Shown here piece after piece: positions 29,645 to 32,000 of a stretch of 32,000 nucleotides of DNA (position 1 is its first letter; every line of letters starts with the position of its first letter). The DNA comes from Planctomycetales bacterium (GTDB taxonomy: Bacteria; 4484-113; JAFGCY01). The position numbers were made by a program, and so were the translations under genes. The DNA lies in the NCBI GenBank assembly GCA_022646745.1, contig CP060262.1, positions 390,001 to 422,000 on the forward strand. The letters are read 5' to 3'. Below the pieces are notes generated by a model. That model ran no database searches. It was given only the letters and a program-made list of their open reading frames with translations, and was not told the DNA's origin.

Positions 29645-31324
29645 CTAGTAGATCAGCACCTCGACTTCCTCGCCGTCGGAGTACTGGCGGCCGCCCTCGA
29701 TCGGCAGCAGGGCCTGGCCACGGATGTAGTCCAGCCAGGGGTCGCCCTCCTGCCCGGCATAACGCGTTGCCAGCCGGCCGCTCTCGCGGTCGCGGCGGTA
29801 GCGGATGGCGCGCAGGCTGTCACGTTCGGTCTGGATGCGCGAGCCGTTCTCCAGCACCACGATCTCCGTGCTCTGGAAGTTGCGCGGGCGCAGGTACTTG
29901 TGTGACAGCGGACGTACGAATGCCACGAAGGCGCTGATCGCCTCCGGCAGTGAACCGGGCATCGAGACCACCGGGCGGCCGTTGACCTTGCCGGCGGTGA
30001 TGTGGCGGCAGGGATCGACATCAATGCCCGCCATGTAGACGGTGCCCAGCGAGGCGATCACGTCATGCGCCAGTGAGCGGTGCCGGTGGTGTGAGCCGCC
30101 GACGATGTACAGCACATCAACCTGGCTGGTCCAGACCTTCATAGCATTGCGCAGCTCACGGAAGCCGTCCGGTGCATAGCCCATCAAAAGCGATGCCACC
30201 TGCGCACTCTGGGAGAGGTGGTAGCAGGCCGTGGCGATCGGGCATTCCTCCTCGCGCTTCTCCTGGCCTCCGGCCCGGCCGGCCACCGGGAAGGGCAGTC
30301 CGAGGCTGGCGATGCCGACCACGGGCTTGCGGAACACCTCGACCTCGTCAACACGCAGGGCCTTGAGCATTGCTAGGTCCAGCGGGCCGAGCACGGCCTT
30401 CTCCGGGATCATCGCTTCCTTGTTGCGGGCCCAGGAGCCGATCGGCAGCAGGTTGCGCTCCGGCTTCTCAAACACGCGCGGCAGTTCCACCTTGCCATTC
30501 TGGTACTGGTTCACCAGCTCCCAGTCACGCGGCGGCTCCTCAACGGGGGCGGCCTCCTCCGGCTCGGGTTCGTCACGGCGCCTGCGGCGGCGGCGGTCCG
30601 GCTCGGGCTTGGGCGGTTCCTTGTAGTCGAACTCGTACTCACCGGGCAGCGGCACGAGGTCATCCAGTGGGTAGACCATGTCCGCCCCGCGCGGCACCTC
30701 CTGGCCGATGGCGACCGGGATCGCCTGGCCGTGGCGCAGCGCCTCATCCTTGCGGTTGCTCTGGGGCGGGCGGCGCAGCTGGAACTCGGCGGGCGGGACC
30801 TCCACATCACTGTGGCGCTCCTCACGGCGCTCAACGGCCGGGCCGCTGTCCTCGTAGTCATCCTCAAACTCAGCCTCGGCGGCGTTGATCTGGAGGGACT
30901 CGAAGCTGGCCTCCTCCTCGTCCTCCTCGGCCTCGCCGTCAGCGCTCTTGCGCTTGACCTTCTCGTCACGGCCGATCATGGACATGTCGATCGCGGCATC
31001 GGCGGTGATCGCCTCTTCCTCGATGATGTCCTCCTCCTCGACCTCGATCACTTCCTCGGCCTCGTCCTCGGCCATGTCCATGACGGACTGGCCGAGTTCG
31101 GCGGCGTGCTCCTTGAGCCAGGCACTGGCCTTCAGGTCACGGGACATGATCGCGAGGCCATCCACGAGGGACAGCGGACGGGAGGGCTGGTTGCCGCGTG
31201 CGGTGACGGGCTTGGCCAGGCGGTAGCCCAGCGCCTTTGATGATTTGATGGAAAGCGTGCGCGGGGGATAGGTCAGATCCATGATCCGCGCCAGCGCTTC
31301 CGCAAGATTTGGCTTGTCAGACAT
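29645..31324 (-). CDS. Divergent MoeA/gephyrin-E-like protein with large acidic and Arg-rich insertions
   Basis: The N-terminus LAEALARIMDL...ALGYRLAKPVTA..PSRPLSLVDGLAI parallels the MoeA domain I motif (P.fd.SamDGyA). GQAIPVAIGQEVPRGADMVYPLDD, VFRKPVVGIASLG, VDVLYIVGGSHH, GRPVVSMPGSLPEAISAFVAFVRP and a terminal GEEVEVLIY follow in MoeA order. Confidence 0.65.
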   Translation of the reverse strand: MSDKPNLAEALARIMDLTYPPRTLSIKSSKALGYRLAKPVTARGNQPSRPLSLVDGLAIMSRDLKASAWLKEHAAELGQSVMDMAEDEAEEVIEVEEEDIIEEEAITADAAIDMSMIGRDEKVKRKSADGEAEEDEEEASFESLQINAAEAEFEDDYEDSGPAVERREERHSDVEVPPAEFQLRRPPQSNRKDEALRHGQAIPVAIGQEVPRGADMVYPLDDLVPLPGEYEFDYKEPPKPEPDRRRRRRRDEPEPEEAAPVEEPPRDWELVNQYQNGKVELPRVFEKPERNLLPIGSWARNKEAMIPEKAVLGPLDLAMLKALRVDEVEVFRKPVVGIASLGLPFPVAGRAGGQEKREEECPIATACYHLSQSAQVASLLMGYAPDGFRELRNAMKVWTSQVDVLYIVGGSHHRHRSLAHDVIASLGTVYMAGIDVDPCRHITAGKVNGRPVVSMPGSLPEAISAFVAFVRPLSHKYLRPRNFQSTEIVVLENGSRIQTERDSLRAIRYRRDRESGRLATRYAGQEGDPWLDYIRGQALLPIEGGRQYSDGEEVEVLIY

Positions 31325-31334
31325 TGAACTGAGT

Positions 31335-31340
31335 ATTTTA
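31335..31340 (-). promoter_or_regulatory. -10 box TAAAAT, 10 nt upstream of the MoeA-like ATG
   Basis: Plus strand ATTTTA at 31335-31340, ATG at 31324..31322. Confidence 0.35.
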
Positions 31341-31370
31341 GCGCTAAAGAAGGGATCAGGTTGCAGGGAG

Positions 31371-31466
31371 CTGGGAACAGGGGCAGGGAAGAGGCAGAAG
31401 GCAAAAGGCAGGAGGAGAAATAGAATGAGAATGAGAATGAGAAACAGAATGAGAATCAGCAGAGCC
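31371..31466. repeat. GGCAGNN-type heptamer array running into an AGAATG/AGAATC hexamer array
   Basis: ...GGCAGAAGGCAAAAGGCAGGAGGAGAAATAGAATGAGAATGAGAATGAGAAACAGAATGAGAATCAGCAGAGCC. Confidence 0.8.
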
Positions 31467-31577
31467 GAGGTGTAGCGGCGTCACCTCGCGACGACTACAC
31501 GCGAGCGGATACATCAGGGTGTAAACCTCCGGGAGTGAGATTCGCTTCCCTGTACAATTTCCTTTAGGAGCACTCTC

Positions 31578-31952
31578 TTGGGAAGTATCTTCTTCAATCG
31601 CAAACGAGATCTCGGCATTCCTGACATCGAGCGCATCGTCCTGCACGATGCGGAGATTCATTCCTTTGATGAACTGGATGGAGGCATTGTCAGGATAAAG
31701 GTGAATGACGGAACAGGTCAGCTTCAGTTACTGAATTTCACTGGCGTTTCCAGGATAAACAGTCTATTGCAGTTTAGCGACAAAGGAATATCCGTGAAGC
31801 AAGCCGCTACAGGTAGTGGGCTGGCTGGCGCAGAATGTGAAAGAATTGATCTGGGATTCAGGACTTATTTCTTGAACTTCAGTGGCAGGCCAATTCTCCT
31901 GATTGAGCACACCGGATTTGAGGTTGAGTTACTTGGAGAAATAGCGGGCTGA
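31578..31952 (+). CDS. Hypothetical protein (124 aa) in a visibly AT-richer patch
   Basis: TTG start with AGGAG (31566-31570) 7 nt upstream and TACAAT (31553-31558) further up. No family recognised. It competes with an overlapping minus-strand ORF (31356..31661) that has no such signals. Confidence 0.45.
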   Translation: MGSIFFNRKRDLGIPDIERIVLHDAEIHSFDELDGGIVRIKVNDGTGQLQLLNFTGVSRINSLLQFSDKGISVKQAATGSGLAGAECERIDLGFRTYFLNFSGRPILLIEHTGFEVELLGEIAG

Positions 31953-32000
31953 AGTTCGCTGTTTCAATTAGCTAACTTTGGTGCATTCTCTCCCAGTCGC

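Noticed and set aside
1-32000. Mobile genetic element, prophage or defence island signatures (integrase, transposase, recombinase, toxin-antitoxin, restriction-modification, Cas)
   Set aside because: None of the credible ORFs carries recognisable motifs of these families. The repeat mosaic has terminal-inverted-repeat-like parts but no autonomous element is present in this window.

Overview
GC-rich bacterial chromosomal segment. I saw no rRNA, tRNA, transposase, integrase or CRISPR array. About 22 credible protein genes are present. Recognisable ones are biotin carboxylase (3' part) plus a BCCP-like protein, an AAC(3)-family acetyltransferase, a UvrD-family helicase, an SDR, XseA, a half-size TSUP protein, a CNNM/CorC-type transporter, a methionine-gamma-lyase-family PLP enzyme, RsmA/KsgA, a CYTH-like protein, a NosL-like lipoprotein and a very divergent MoeA-like protein. 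Several small proteins are unrecognisable. The centre of the window (11.3-20.6 kb, minus strand) is a head-to-tail array of three ~1040-aa paralogous lipoproteins. Each has a lipobox, dockerin-like Ca loops, FN3-like and PKD/Ig-like repeats, and a C-terminal alpha/beta domain. Two of the three copies are near-identical except for a sharply bounded ~470-nt cassette, which makes this locus my best candidate for an undescribed system. Two pervasive non-coding signals stand out. First, almost every intergenic gap is unusually long (together about 5.5 kb of 32 kb) and is tiled by one modular repeat vocabulary. The modules are 6-8-nt periodic word arrays, long word palindromes, two kinds of Y-shaped double-hairpin elements with compensatory substitutions, and arrays of GGAGG-plus-hairpin units oriented with the upstream gene. 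Pieces of this vocabulary reach into coding regions. Second, a TATAAT-like hexamer sits exactly 6 nt upstream of the start codon of seven ORFs, which suggests widespread leaderless transcription and lets several starts be re-assigned. All functional calls come from motif recognition by eye; no searches were run.
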